From the NCBI RefSeq assembly GCF_000150275.1, contig NW_002060944.1, positions 6,733,102 through 6,797,101 of the forward strand: 64,000 bases of DNA, read 5' to 3'. Below are positions 1-14,269 of the stretch, one piece after another (within the stretch, counting starts at the first letter, position 1; each line of letters opens with the position of its first letter). The stretch is from Trichoplax adhaerens (Eukaryota; Animalia; Placozoa). Made by a program: the position numbers and the translations under genes. Below the pieces are notes generated by a model that saw only the letters and a program-made list of their open reading frames with translations, ran no database searches and was not told the DNA's origin.

Positions 1-120
1 CTAAAGATTCGGAAATATTATATAAAAAAAATCACTACTTTGATATACAGTAATCATCCCACATTGATAAATTATAGCATAATTATTACATATCTTAGTA
101 AAAGTTATTAACCAACTTAC

Positions 121-195
121 ATTTATTAATAACGCTATTGTTAAAATTACATGTAGAGTATTCATATGATGTCTTCCAGCGATTTTCCTTGCCAT
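121..195 (-). CDS. Probable first coding exon (signal-peptide-like, MARKIAGRHHMNTLHVILTIALLIN) of a secreted or membrane protein gene that continues off the left edge
   Basis: Minus-strand ATG in a good context (cgaaaATGG). A basic N-region is followed by a hydrophobic stretch, which ends at a perfect GTAAGT donor (acttac at 115-120 on +). The product cannot be identified from this window. Confidence 0.5.
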
Positions 196-2818
196 TTTCG
201 TTTAGTAAATGATTATTATAAATGAATTATTATAGTTGTGCCGCAGCAAGTAATCAATTTCTTTCGAAAATTATCGCAGTAACTAGTGCCTTACAAAAAC
301 AATTGAAGAAAAACTGAACATGTCTGTGTGGCGTAACTACCATCTACTATTCATCATATAATTTAGCTAAAATATTCACAAAATTTATATTCTTTAGGTC
401 AATTGAGAAATATATTCTTTTCCCTATGTAATGACCGAATAATAGTCTTTTACTATAACAATTAATTTTTAACAGCTTTATATATAAATCTATTTATCGA
501 GTGTGATGTGATTAATATTACTGTTACAATCGACAAGGAAATTAAAACTACTACAAGAAAATTAACACTATGAGCCTGCTATCAGGTTTGTCATCCCATA
601 TCTAGCTACAATACGATTCCAAATACTGACGATCATTTTATTTTCAGCACGTTAAAGTAAACCACTAGTCTCTCTTAGATAAAATTAAACTTAAACTCGT
701 AAATTTTTAGTTACTAATGCACAGATAATATAAAATTATGTATAGCATCATAGCTAACGATATTATGTAAGGAATATCAAAGTATGTTAGTTGGCGAAAG
801 TAAAGAAGCGTTAGTTTACAAAATTCATTTATTGGTAGCTACATGTAAGATTCAACAATTTCATAAGGTATAAAAATCATGTCATAAAATTAACCTATGT
901 TTACTAACCTCTAACATGAGATTGAATTGAACTTATATGATTTTCGATAAATCCATAATAATAAATTAATAGACACTCGCATAAAAATTAATCTTTTAAT
1001 TTGAAGATTGTCTTAGCACGGTATAATAATAAAGCATAACTTATTATTGTTTACATTGTTAATAAATCACGATTTTATACCATGTCCAAGCTTTGTATAG
1101 TCGATAGTGAACGGCTTATTCAATTAAACTACATTCATAACGCAACCTTTTAGAGCATTATAATTAAATAATTTTACTATGACGTTAAGGCTAAACAATA
1201 AAATTCGAAGCTAAGAGTCAAAAACTACAAAATGAGAAATTAAAAGAATTACAGGAAAGTGAATTTTGACGATACACCAATATAATACAGATTAAATACT
1301 GACGTTAAAGTAATAAAAAAGTCGAAACAAATCTAATTTTAGCTTGTATTGAATTAATTTTTGTCACAATTCCAGTAATACTACGGTACGGAGTCTTCCA
1401 AATAATAAATAAAAAAGCTTTAATATTAACGTTAAGTAGCGACTAAATTACTGTCACGTTCTGTAATAGTTACATAATTAGTATGTTAGCTTCTTTCTAT
1501 ATATGGTTAAATATCACGATGTTATCACGTCATGCATATATAGATGTAGTTATGGTACTATATTAAGCTTATCTATATATGTATTCTCATGTTGCCATAC
1601 TTGGCATGATAGTCTATTTGTAATGTCTAAACTAGGGAAACCTTTCTGTTAGTGATGATCTTGTGATCTACGTTAGTAGATCAAAGGTCACAATAAAGAA
1701 AGTATATAAACTCTTCATTTTAACAATAAAGTTAGTTCTTCAACTTAATTACTGGGTCTCCTTGCTGAGTGCAGATCTAGTACTTGTTACAAAATTTGGA
1801 AGTTGTAACAATTACATTTACGCCCTTCATTATAGTCCGACTACAGTTATAATATTTCAATATGTTTAAATCTGAGAATTGTAAAAGTTTAAGATTCAAC
1901 ATTAAACTCTTATTAAAAGCGGAGAATTAAAAATAACTCATTTTCATCTCTAATTATATGATCGAAGGCTATCATCCATCGTTATTTATACTTAATTTTT
2001 TTATTAATATTGATAAGCTTTATCAGGAACATCACTAGCAATCATTATGTGTAGTAATATGTATATGCAGTAGCAATATTATATTCTAATAATTTCTCAC
2101 GGTGTTAGAGGCCACCGTTAAGTATAAATACGTTGCATTGATCGTTGTACAGTTAATAACTTGCCATTAGGCTATAGATTGTAAAAGTAATTCATTTTCC
2201 AGTAAGGGCAAGCGAATTAGTTAGAGGCTTCATTTGTAAGCGAGCTCAAAGTTCAGGTCGCATTATCATCACCACTCCCTCGTGTTATATGCGTGCTCTA
2301 GTGTATTTTAAAATAGAGCAGAAAGTGATATAAATTTTGGTCTAAGAATATATCGCAGCCATGTCATTTATTAGCATTAATTTCCATGTACAGTATATAT
2401 ATATATGTATATATATACTCTGTAGCTGCTCGCGAATATAGATAAAAGGTATAAAAGCGAGTTACTGTTTACAATAAAGAGAATTCATTATTTTATCGTC
2501 TACGAATGAGGAGAAGATCTCTATCGTTCCTACCGTAAAACTTAAGGAAAAAGCTTATAGTTACCACGGGAAATTAATCTTGATACTGTAAGTTACTATA
2601 TTCTATATGAGCAAAATAGTCAATTATTCCCAAACGGAAAGTATAAGTAGGCATCTATGACGTCAGTATCAGCATATCAACAGTGAACTGCCAAGTAGAA
2701 TAATATATTTCAGCACTATTCTGTAAGCAAAATTAGCCAATGCAGAAATTTATAGGTAGTCATCGGGTAAGCTCAATTTGGCTGCATACTACCATTTTGT
2801 AAGCTATTGACATCAACA

Positions 2819-3981
2819 TAGGAATGTCTAGTCGACATTATAATAGTATATAGCATGTACTTCAGAAAATGGACGAAAATATCGAGCTATTAATTTACCC
2901 ATTTCATCATGCATATCCGATGATTGATCACTATTTCAGCATGGAATGCAGAAATGGCTCATTTCAAGGGTTAGAAAATAACATTTCGTTATTAATACAC
3001 GTTTTTACCAAGGTATAAACAACTAAAATCAGGCATCGGCTTTGCCTAGGAATGTACATTATAGTCGACAGTATAATAGTATGTAGCATGTACTGCAGAA
3101 AATGGACGAAAATATCGAGCTATTAAATTTACCCATTTCATCATGCATATCCGATGATTGATCGCTATTTCAGCAAGGAATGCAGAAATGGCTCATTTCA
3201 TGGATCAGAAATAACATTTTGTTATTAATACAAGTTTTTACCAAGGTACAAACAACTAAAATCAGGCATCGACTTTGCTTAGGAATGTACATTATAGTCG
3301 ACATTATAATAGTATGTAGCATGTACTGCAGAAAATGGACGAAAATATCGAGCTATTAATTTACCCATTTCATCATGCATATCCGATGATTGATCACTAT
3401 TTCAGCATGGAATGCAGAAATGGCTCATTTCAAGGGTTAGAAAATAACATTTCGTTATTAATACAAGTTTTTACCAAGGTACAAACAACTAAAATCAGGC
3501 ATTGGCTTTGCCTAGGAATGTACATTATAGTCGACAGTATAATAGTATGTAGCATGTACTGCAGAAAATGGACGAAAATATCGAGCTATTAAATTTACCC
3601 ATTTCATCATGCATATCCGATGATTGATCGCTATTTCAGCAAGGAATGCAGAAATGGCTCATTTCATGGATCAGAAATAACATTTTGTTATTAATACAAG
3701 TTTTTACCAAGGTACAAACAACTAAAATCAGGCATCGACTTTGCTTAGGAATGTACATTATAGTCGACAGTATAATAGTATGTAGCATGTACTGCAGAAA
3801 ATGGACGAAAATATCGAGCTATTAAATTTACCCATTTCATCATGCATATCCGACGATTGATCGCTATTTCAGCAAGGAATGCAGAAATGGCTCATTTCTT
3901 GGATCAGAAAATAACATTTTGTTATTAATATAAGTTTTTACCAAGGTACAAACAACTAAAATCAGGCATCGGCTTTGCCTA
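2819..3981. repeat. Tandem repeat, 233-bp unit, about 5 near-identical copies
   Basis: The GTCGAC anchor recurs at 2831, 3064, 3297, 3530 and 3763 (exact 233 spacing). Copies differ by only a few substitutions or indels. Confidence 0.97.
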
Positions 3982-4255
3982 TACTGTACTATATATTTTT
4001 ACCACCTGATTGAACATGTATAGTCATTTTTGCACAAGTTAAGACGATCATCCCAGTTCATTCTCCTTTTACTGTATACGGTGATATATGCAAGAGGATA
4101 CTGTATGATACAGTCATTCTGTATGACCCCTTTCACTGAACTATTGCGTTTATAGAGTTGTACTGAAATCACTCCATGAAGCTGCAGCAGCCCTCGGCCG
4201 CAAATACTTTGTTTATAGTCTAACTTTCGATCATCTAACGATAAGTTTATGTTTT

Positions 4256-6889
4256 ATGGACTCAACTTGGTATCCATTGCAGCAAATAGACACCGAATAT
4301 AGTGCTGATAGTGTTGAATGGTGTCCTCATCAAGCATTCGATGACGTGGTTGTGTGTGGCACTTACCAATTAGCTCAGAATGATGGTGGAACAAATTCGC
4401 GCTTAGGTCGTGTGTTATTATATCAATTGCAAGATGATCAATATTGGATCGAGCACAGCAGAATAAATACTCCAGCAATTTTAGATATGAAATGGTAATT
4501 TAATCCTATTGATATAATTATAAATGTGCACTGAAGTCTCCATTTCTACTCAGTACTCCTATTTGTGTATGTGTAGTGCTGGCACGAAATGAAATTAACC
4601 TTAAGATTGTACTGCTGTAAACTCAAGGTGCTACTGTAGGGAAAACACGTTGTAGGGCAATTTCAGATGAATAATGTTTGTATAGCTACAATTTGAATAG
4701 TACAAGGCTGTAACCATGTTCGTAAGTTAATAGTATTCTACCGTAAACTGATCGTTTTCGTAAAATCTTTCATTATTGAAGGCTAGCTGGTAATCGATTT
4801 TATACGCAATTACAAGCTCTGCACTATGTGCATTAAGTTGTTTTGCCCAGTTTTGTAAAATGAGTGTTGTCATTTTGACTAGATAGCGGTAAAATATGAA
4901 CGTAAGATAAGGCTTGAATGTCATTTCAATCAATTATTATAGTAAAATGTCTGGAAAAAATAGTGTAACAGAACTTCAACTTCTTGTAAACTGTTATCAA
5001 GGAATGTCTACCTTCAGGGGTAAAGCTGTCTAACTTCTTGTCACAAAATTTTACGATTTATACGTAATCCTACAATTGAACTTGCAATTTGGACTGTCTT
5101 CGTATTATCTAGTAACTTTAAAGCTAACTTTTTTTTTGGGGGGGGGGGGGGAGAGAGGCTGCACGATAAACAAAATTCAAAGCGTTTATAATAGCTAACT
5201 GTAAGCCTACCATCGTTTCATTGTACTCCCTTTAGGTGCTGCCAGCAAAATTTACCTGTGATTGCTTTAGCGGATGCCGCTGGATGCGCTTCACTCTATT
5301 CTATTGCTGACGATGAAGGAAAAATCGGAGTTAGCCGTAAAAATAATCTATAACTAAACTTTTGTTCGATCTCTAATAGTAGCATAGTACGGAGGTATAT
5401 TAGATATTTTATACCAATCCAGCTCGGTACTTCAGTATAACGGGTAATAATTAACCTTAAATACATGTATATTATCATGAAATATTTCATTTTACGGCTT
5501 TAATGTAGTTAAATCTTTTAAATTCTTGCTGCTTCGATTCGTCAGCTTTGGCTCTATCATTAGATTGGTCTTCGCGATGCAAGTATGTTAATATATTAAT
5601 AAGCTACTATTAAATGCGTCAACCATGAATTATGTGCGACCATAACAGATTACATGATAAACAGATACTAGATCTTTTGCACGAATGTAATACGCTTATA
5701 CCTACCTACTCAAGGAATGCTAAAGTTTAGAACTTGAATAATCCATGACTTGTTGATGATACTTACCGCATACAGTGTTACAGTATCTTGACTAAGATTG
5801 TTTACTACTAAAAATTCTAACAAGCTTTGGTTCTGAATATCCATCAATGATAAGAAGTTAATTTTTAACGTGCTTATTATATAATTTTATTCATAAAGTG
5901 CAGATCGATTGGCTGTTAGTGATTCTACAGGGAAACTAAATATATTTCAAGCTGGTTCTGGTTCCTCATTAACTGCAGATCGGCGATGGTTAGCTCATGA
6001 TTATGAAGCTTGGATAATTGCATTTGATCGATGGAATGATAACATTGTATATTCAGGTAGGTTAAAGTTTGCATTATCCACATTACATAAATAATTTCTA
6101 ATTTATGCACAGAGGGTAAAATAAGCTAGCACTATTGTACATTAAGGTGGTGATGATTGCAAGCTAAAAGGATGGGATCTTCGGACAGAATGTTCAAGTG
6201 CAGTATTTACTAGCAAGCGGTTAGTGATTGAAAACAATAAGCTCACCTGATGACCTAAAATCATCAATGTTTTTATCTATTTTAGTCATTCTATGGGCGT
6301 TTGTAGCATTCACTGTAATCCACATAAAGATTTTATCATCGCAACCGGAAGGTAATACCATTTTAACATCTATGTTATATATATTCACCCAATAATAACA
6401 ATTCTTTTAACTACATTCCACTCTAGCTATGATGAAAATATTTTCATATGGGATAGTCGCCATATGACTAAACCATTGAGCCGTATTGAAGTTGGGGGTG
6501 GTGTGTGGAGACTGAAATGGAATCCGAATATACCCGATATTTTACTTGCAGCATGTATGCATAATGGCTTTTCCATTATCAGTTTAGAAAATTATGACGG
6601 TAAACTTTGTTGAATTATTTGTCTTGAATGTACTAAAATCTGTGTAAAATAACTTCCTTTTATTTCTAAAACGCGTCCTGGAATTATAGAACCTACGATT
6701 GTTGTTTCATATAAAGAACATAGCTCCTTAGCTTACGGTTGCGACTGGAAAGTAATGAAAGAAAAATCTGATCAAGAGCAATCGCCAAAGCCTTCTAATG
6801 AGCTAAAATGTGATCAACTTGTTGCATCATGCTCGTTTTACGATCATTCTCTTCATCTATGGTACTGGAGGACTGGCGTAAATTTGTAA
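4256..6889 (+). CDS. DPH7: Diphthine methylesterase DPH7 (WDR85/RRT2), WD40 protein of diphthamide biosynthesis; 8 exons, about 358 aa
   Basis: Hand-spliced exons 4256-4494, 5236-5329, 5509-5582, 5899-6056, 6147-6219, 6286-6351, 6427-6599, 6690-6889. All introns are GT-AG, phases are consistent, total 1077 nt. Family motifs: DTEYSADSVEWCP, CGTYQL, ILDMKW, LALSLDW, AHDYEAWI, YSGGDDCKLKGWD, ATGSYDE, GGGVWRLKW, LLAACMHNGF, HSSLAYGCDW, SCSFYDH. The exon 2/3 junction has an alternative in-frame solution (5336/5546). Confidence 0.93.
5129..5151. repeat. T9-G14 homopolymer junction in DPH7 intron 1
   Basis: Read directly from the sequence: 9 T followed by 14 G. Confidence 0.9.
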
Positions 6890-7041
6890 AGCTTGCGAAA
6901 ATTTTAAATGAATTCTATTCAAAGCATACATACTCGAAAAGTTGTCCACTCAAACATGGTAATAATTCGATAATGATTTCAATAATGTGCTATTGGGACT
7001 TTACTTTTTCGTTTCGATCAGTGCTTTGCACTCTCTTTGTA

Positions 7042-7047
7042 AATAAA
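7042..7047 (+). promoter_or_regulatory. Candidate polyadenylation signal (AATAAA) of DPH7
   Basis: AATAAA about 150 nt after the DPH7 stop. The hexamer is common in AT-rich DNA, so support is weak. Confidence 0.4.
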
Positions 7048-8239
7048 GAATTTTATGATACCGCTTGACTGAAAATTTGTTTACAATATTCTACCTGTTG
7101 ATGAGTATTAGCATCATACAGTATATATCTTTGCTATGTGTATCCTAAGAACTGATTCAGAGTATAACCGTACTTTAAGTGTAGTTTGTAGAAAGTGCTT
7201 TCATGCTCAATATATTATGGATGCTTTTTTAAGCCTTGTACTTTTTAAATACTTAAAATTGGTCTATAGTAAAGTTTCTCGACTTTGGTCGTTAATTTAA
7301 AAACGGTAGATGTAGCCAATTCTGTACTAGTAAAGTAAATATTTCAGAACTTTGCAACGTAAAATCCTTTGAAATGACCCTTGCCCGGATTTTCTGTTTA
7401 CTATATGTAATATAGTCAAAGAGTCATTTTATAATAATTAATACAGATTAAATTAAATGAATGAGTGAGTACGTGACCAAAATCCACGGCAAATTTGCAA
7501 ACTATTATTCACTCCTTAACTCAAAATAAATTTTTTAAACAAATGCAGTACATAATTAGTTAATTATTAGATTTTTAAAGCGAATTTTTAGTATGTATAC
7601 TATGGAAATAACTTTCTCCTTTTTTATCATTACTGGTAACAGTAATATAAATTAAAAGTTCGCTTTTACGCGGCTTTAGCATAGCTAAAGATTGCAGTAT
7701 TTTCGCCTTCTCTTAAGAAAAAGATTTTAAATTTACATTAAAGTATGATCGCTTCCAGTTGCTTTACTAATAGTCATCAATTACAATTAGTAAACTATTT
7801 CCTTCTACTTATAGTTATGGCTAAAAATAGATTTGACAGCAGAAAATTATTTTAATAGTTTCATTTGCGTATTTAAATCAATTAATGTGTAACTGTTTAG
7901 AAGATTCTCCTATTGATGAGGAATGGCCCAACTGCATAATTATTCTACGTAATCCATTAAAAATAAGTTATTTGTGCAGTAATTCCGATTTCTAGAAAGT
8001 TAGAAAACGCATCTTCCTCTTTTCATTTAAGCATAAAGTTGAGAATTTCTGTTCAATGCTCTGCAATTGTAACTAACTATAGCTTCTTCCTGTTTCCACG
8101 CTATGGTTTTGCTATTTTAAGAAAAGTAGTAATCATGATACGAGTATATTCTTCACAGGATGCAATTGACCTTCTGGAAATGCTAATTCTTATGAAGATG
8201 TTGGATACAAATTGATTTAGTTTTCCTCGTCTATTTTGT

Positions 8240-8750
8240 TTTTAATAGAATTAGACCGAAACCTGTGCTGATAATTAAGAAAATTTCTTATGATATAGAT
8301 TGAGAGAATAATTAATAAAAATAGCTCTTGCGGTTTATTGTTAATAGAGTTCAATCAGTAGCTGTATGATATTCTTCTTATGGCGGTAGATTGAAAAGGA
8401 CAATTAAAGGAAGCTCTTGCTGCTTATTGCTATCAGAGTTGAATTGAGAGCTGGATGATGTCTTTTTACTTACGATAGACCATTGAAAAAGATAATTCCA
8501 AAAAATTCTTGAAGTTTATTATTAATAGAATTCAGTCGGAAGCTAGATTGATATTTTTTACATATGGTAATTGATTGAAAAGGGTAGTTAAAGTATGCTC
8601 TTGCAGCTTAACGTTAATAGAGTTAAAACTTAAAAGTCGGGGATCATAATTTCATTTCTTAGGTGATAGACTAATAGTGCAAGCTGTTACAGCTTATTGT
8701 TGATAGAGTCAAAATTGGAAGTTGGGATAAGATTTTTCCATAGGATAATA
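8240..8750. repeat. Degenerate tandem array, about 90-bp unit, about 6 copies
   Basis: The motif gctcttgc..cttattgttaatagagtt...gattgaaaag recurs near 8242, 8341, 8430, 8522, 8613 and 8700. Confidence 0.75.
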
Positions 8751-11700
8751 GAAGTCATCTCTTGCAAATCTACACTAATGGAGGTGAAAAACGACCCCTT
8801 TATGGGGTTATTTTCTAATCGTGTATCCATAATATAGTTTCGTAATATCTTTAACATTGCCATTGAAGTTCTAACAGAGTTTGAAAATTAGGGAACTGGA
8901 TTAACCCCTCTAATTAACTACCAAGAGAATTAAAAAATGAGGCACCATGGGAGATTCTAATCATATCTATAACAATGGCAAGATCGTATTCTCATCATTC
9001 TATTCCTTCAATTTCTAACAAAATATAGGGTAGCGAAAATCTTACTTGCAAAAATGAGAGAATTATGGTTTCAATTCAAAGCTAATTTATCTTGCTTCCT
9101 CTCTGCCTTGGTATAATTTGAAATTGAACAACCATCTTGATAAGAAAATTGATTGCTTCGAACTTCCTTCTATAGCAAATACACATAGAGCTAAGTTTAT
9201 ATAGACTCCAACGAAAGCAGTACGATTGAAACTGGCTGTCTTTAGACAATATTCATGGACTAAGATCTGAATAATGAATACATATAGATACAATTTGCTT
9301 CCATGTGAATACATTTAAACACAGTTCATGCCAACTCTGAAAATTGAAAGGATTAACGGTCCATTCCAGTCTTCAAATCCAATTCCATTCAAATCTATGT
9401 CTATTCTGGGAATCCACTTTTACTGCAAATACTTTAGGTTTGACATGATCATTCGATCTTATCAAGGTAGCACAGACACTAAATAGGTAACAGGGTATGA
9501 TCAAAAATAGCTATAAGCTATTAGGGTTCATTAATTGAAATCAATTAGTATTTGAATTATTAATAACAATGCAATCTTCCTTTCAAACCCAATTAAAATT
9601 CGACTTATACTCATTCTTAATTCGAAGATCTGGTTGATGATCATGAACTATGACTTGACAATAAGAATGCATGTAAATCTTAGTAGATAAATTTCGAATT
9701 GAAAATAATTTTCAATTCTATCAACCTTCGCTACTGAAGGGGAGAAAAAGGTGTTAAATAGGAAGGAAAATTTTAACTTGTCTTGAACTCAAGAGCTGAA
9801 TTAACAAAATCAATTTATAATTCATAAGGATGATGGAAAGTACTTTTATTTTAACATTGGGTAAACTATTATTAATAAATTATTAATAATGCAAATGTAT
9901 TGCCTTTTTATAATAACATTCTACTTTACAACTAAAACAACTAAGCCAATGAAGGAGGAATTTTATTTGGCCTATTAACCATGTACTTCCGGCATCGGTT
10001 GAGGCAAGAGTCATCATCAAACTACTTTCCTTTTTAATTTAATCTATCAAAATTTCAATGCCGTTTAAAATGGACTGTAATATATTTCTTAGCACATAAC
10101 AAGAAGATCAGTAAATAGGATGGCAGTAATATAGCTCCGATTGCCTTATTCTTAAGGGTTAGCTTTTATTCTACCTCCAGCGTACGCAAAAGCGGTTGGT
10201 TACGCCATCTACAATTGTGTGTCATAAATATTACACGGATTACTTGGTCGATTTAATGATACAATTTTAAAGTTCTTTTTAATCTACAGTTGAGCAACTA
10301 ACAATCTATGTAGGCTAAAAGCGGTATCAGCTAGATGGTAATAGACAAATTTTACTTTGCAAGAAAAATTTGTCCAAGGGACGAATTCAAATACTGTAAA
10401 ATCGACTATAGTCTGATTCTAGACCTCTCTTTTTATCATTTTAAAGCGGTACAGTTGTGCAAAAAGTGGTTTATTATCTATAATTAGATTAAGTATACAG
10501 TAAGTAAGGATTAAATAATTGCTCTTGATATGTATTCAAGGTGATAGATGGTTTAGAACAGAGGATTGTTTAGCAGTATCATGAATACGCCATATTCCTG
10601 CTCAAGGGGGGCTTTAATAGTATTATGGTCGATTGGCTATTTTTAAATTAATCATTTTTTCTGTTACACTCAATTCAAAGTCAATAACTAGCTATCATAG
10701 TAGTTTTAGAAATTGCATACTGAATGGCATTTTTATAAAATTGACAAATGGAGTGTAGAGAATAGCATAGAATGACAGTCAAATAGGGTCTAAATTTCTT
10801 ATTATATAATTATAAATTTTTTCAAGAACATGCTTCTTTAAAAAATGGGAGATTGTCTCCGTATTGTTCAAGATATCTTATGCATAAACTAGTTGTTACG
10901 GTGTTGGCTTGTTATTAGGATAGTTTAATAAGTAAAGTAGTAGTTAGTATGGAGAATATCCATATTTGTAGTGCTAGGTAAGATAAGTAATGCCTAAGGT
11001 GGATGTTGTTTGGGATAGCTCATTACATATTTGATATTGATTGTTATTGAGTGATAGATAGCAGCAAGATGATTCAAGTTCTAGTTGATGATAGTTGAAT
11101 TAGACAACCTACAAGCTTAGATTAAGATTAAGTATGAGTAAGAGATTCAAAATATTTACTGATAGAAAAACTATGTAAAGAACATCTCAGTTCGAGATGT
11201 TACTCCTAGTAAGGTATAATAATAATACTGTTGTTGTTTACAAGTTAGATGGTTCCTATAAAAACGGGAACATTTGAGTTGAGTGGTGTGGTAAAAAGTT
11301 GTAGATGTATCTTTGCTAATAAAAGTTTCATCTTTACAGTATTTTGCTGTGTGAGTTTAACGTTAAGTAAAAGGGCGTTTAAGTCAGTAGCTGCTTATAG
11401 ACTTTTACTGTACGTTACCTTGTCGCAGAAGTGAAATTGTGACACTAGTTTAATTTAGTTAAAAGCTTCAAAATTGATAGAAAAATAACTTATAATGATA
11501 GTAAGTACAGAAGCTGCAGCTTAAAGATCCATGTTTCCCCTTAATATTGCTGCTTATGAAGTTCAATTCCTTAAACAAGGGCAGAGAATTAATTTTGGTC
11601 ATAGTAAAGTGGCGTGAAAATGTAAAACTCCAAGTTCTTACCATCAAAGTAAAAATTTCCATCGATTTACTCTCATTTCATAGAAAAATCATATTCCCAA

Positions 11701-12394
11701 GTACTGTAGATCATTATACAGACACCTTTTTACTAGCCCGAAGCATTTTATACTGTAGTAATATAACATGCAGAAGTGCTCAATCCAAGGAATAAATGGA
11801 AGTAAATACTAAGCTGCGGTACTGTGCAAAATTTGTAACTACTACAGAAGTATGTTATATGATACTCGTACTGTCTAATCTAATTAGCAAATAAATTTAT
11901 GAAAATAATTGTAATAAGACAGAGTTGTGTGTAATAAAAGACTGAAATGGAGTTCTTTATACTATAGTCTTTTAGTAAGAAAATAGGTTTAGTTTATGAC
12001 AGAAATAGCATAGAAAATAATAGTATTCGCAATCTTTTCTTCGTTTTTTCTAAGGTTCTATATAAATTGCTATCCAGAAGTTTATTTATTGTTGCAAGTC
12101 TCAAGTCCATGTAGACTTAGGAAATAGTGTACTTAGAAATCTCTTATAAGTGTACTATGTGAACAGTTCCCGACCATTAAGATATTCTATATCCAACGTC
12201 TTAGGTTCCGGAAATGTTACCAGTAATAAGAAACAACAGTATTATTTTAATGTAGTATTAATAATCATACTGTTCTTGAAGATTAAGGTAAATTAATGAT
12301 AGGCGTTCTAAGCTTAAATGAATGATTGTACTAGTAATTGCATATCAATAGAAAATGTTTATATACATATTTATAATGGGCGAACACATCAAGA

Positions 12395-12730
12395 TAGTTA
12401 CTGTCTATAAAAACCTATACATGAAATTCTGAACAATTCTACGTTATTATAAATCCGATAAAGGGCGAGTATGTCAGGATAGTCACTGTCAATAACAAGG
12501 TGTAGATGAAACTCTAAATAATCTTATTTCCTTATAAATTCAATGATAGTACATTAGGCTAGTAATATAAGTAGCACTGTCAATAACAACAAATATATGT
12601 AACTCTGAATAATCTTGTGTCATCATAATCCAAAGATGAACGTGTACATAAGGATAGTCTATGTTAATAAAAATAACGACATGAAATTTTGAGTAAGATT
12701 AAGTTATTATTATAAATTCATGATGAACCT
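12395..12730. repeat. Degenerate tandem array, about 87-bp unit, about 4 copies
   Basis: actgtcaataac...atgaaactct.aataatctt recurs near 12400, 12485, 12576 and 12660. Confidence 0.7.
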
Positions 12731-13164
12731 CCATAACATCAATATGCGTAGAATAATAGAACGTAAAATCCGTTATAATGTAATAAAAATATTAAATCGA
12801 TCACATAGAGTAAAGTAAATAGCCGTTCAACAGAATAGTTTTCATCAAATAATGATAATTCAATATAGAGAAGACGAAAGATTTAAAATATTTATAAGAG
12901 TTAACAAAAGTTACGATATAGCTTTCACATCTCATTCGAAGAATAACTAAAAAATTGTACCTTCCAAATACGAGCAACAGTTGATGCAGTTACACCAAAG
13001 CATTGCAGTATATAGTTCAAAAAATAAAGATCGTGCAGATTCGAATCATTTAATGTAGATAATATAATATATTAGGTATTATCTGTATACTAACTAAAAC
13101 AGCACTACCTTGTAAATATTCCATGTAAATAAAAATAAAACCATGAAAAATTAGAAATAATGGT

Positions 13165-14220
13165 AGGAGTTACTCCATCATAATGAACATTCTAAAATGT
13201 CATCTATAGCTACAAATGTTCTTTAAATGCAAATGTAAATAGTAAACAATCTAATTAGAAGCAGAAGCCATCTGAAAGGGTTGCTCCATCATGTAGTAAT
13301 AGATATTCTGAAATATCATTTATAGCTAGAACTATTCTTTAAGATAAATATAAATAGTTAACAACCTAGCTAAAGTAGAAGCTATCACACAGAGACTAGA
13401 CTGATACGAAAATATTGCATATGAGTAGAGTATAAACAAAAAATATTTAGTCTAGAGTAAGAGTTGTCTTTGCTGAGATTATGCCGTATAGAAATTTATC
13501 TTCAAGGATAAGTACTTCGTAAAAGTACAGTAACAATATTCAGAAAAATAACCACTTCAGAGCATCGCGTAAGAATTTTATTTCAAATGTAAATATATTA
13601 TAAACCATAAACTGGGAAAGCATACAGTTAATTATATCAGATATCACACAGCATTTGAAATAATATGAAAAATTTTACTGTTAGTAATAAGTTTTTTCGC
13701 AAAAGCAACATATAAACAAAAAGATATCTAATTATGGGCGAGATTTATCGTGTAATATTTGATAATAGCATCAAAATTTAGCCTTTAACAATAAATTTAG
13801 TCGAAACATAAAGACAGGAAATTATCTAGTCAATAGTGCGATTTACTAACAGTATATGAAATACTATGAAAATCATTTCAACTTTGTATTTTTCCATGAA
13901 TGTAAAAATACAATTAGAGAAGAAAATTATTTATTCAGAAGGAAGAGCTGTCATATAGCAATTAAAATCGATTCGAAATTTTATCCCCAATAGTAAACTT
14001 CCCATATCAGGAAAATACACTCTAAACGAAGAAATATTGAATTGAATGTAAAAATTGTGAAGCGAAGTTGAAATATCATAAAAATTTTATTTTTAACTAT
14101 CAACTCACAAACAAGTAAAATATACTCTGAATAGAAAATGTCCAATTAAAAGCAAACGATATCGTACTACAGTCGAAATACCATCAGAATTTACTTACTG
14201 TTATCAACTTCTATACAAGT
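13165..14220. repeat. Degenerate tandem repeats (a pair of about 125 bp at 13170/13297, then more eroded units of about 100 bp)
   Basis: attct.aaat.tcat.tatagcta...aaatagt.aacaa.cta occurs twice. The later units are only weakly similar. Confidence 0.5.
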
Positions 14221-14269
14221 AAATATAAAAAAGCCTTCTATTAAGAATTAATTATTATTCAATTGATGA

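Noticed and set aside
3335-3592. 85-aa ORF MDENIELLIYPF...
   Set aside because: It lies wholly inside the 233-bp tandem array. Neighbouring copies are frameshifted or stopped, and it has no recognisable motif.
2819-3981. Array considered as CRISPR-like
   Set aside because: Units are contiguous with no unique spacers, the unit is far too long, the context is eukaryotic, and there are no cas genes.
9328-9466. ATG-initiated 46-codon phase-1 frame ending at AAG|GTAGCA, a possible further upstream exon
   Set aside because: The donor is weak, the peptide has no recognisable features, and a phase match is expected one time in three by chance.
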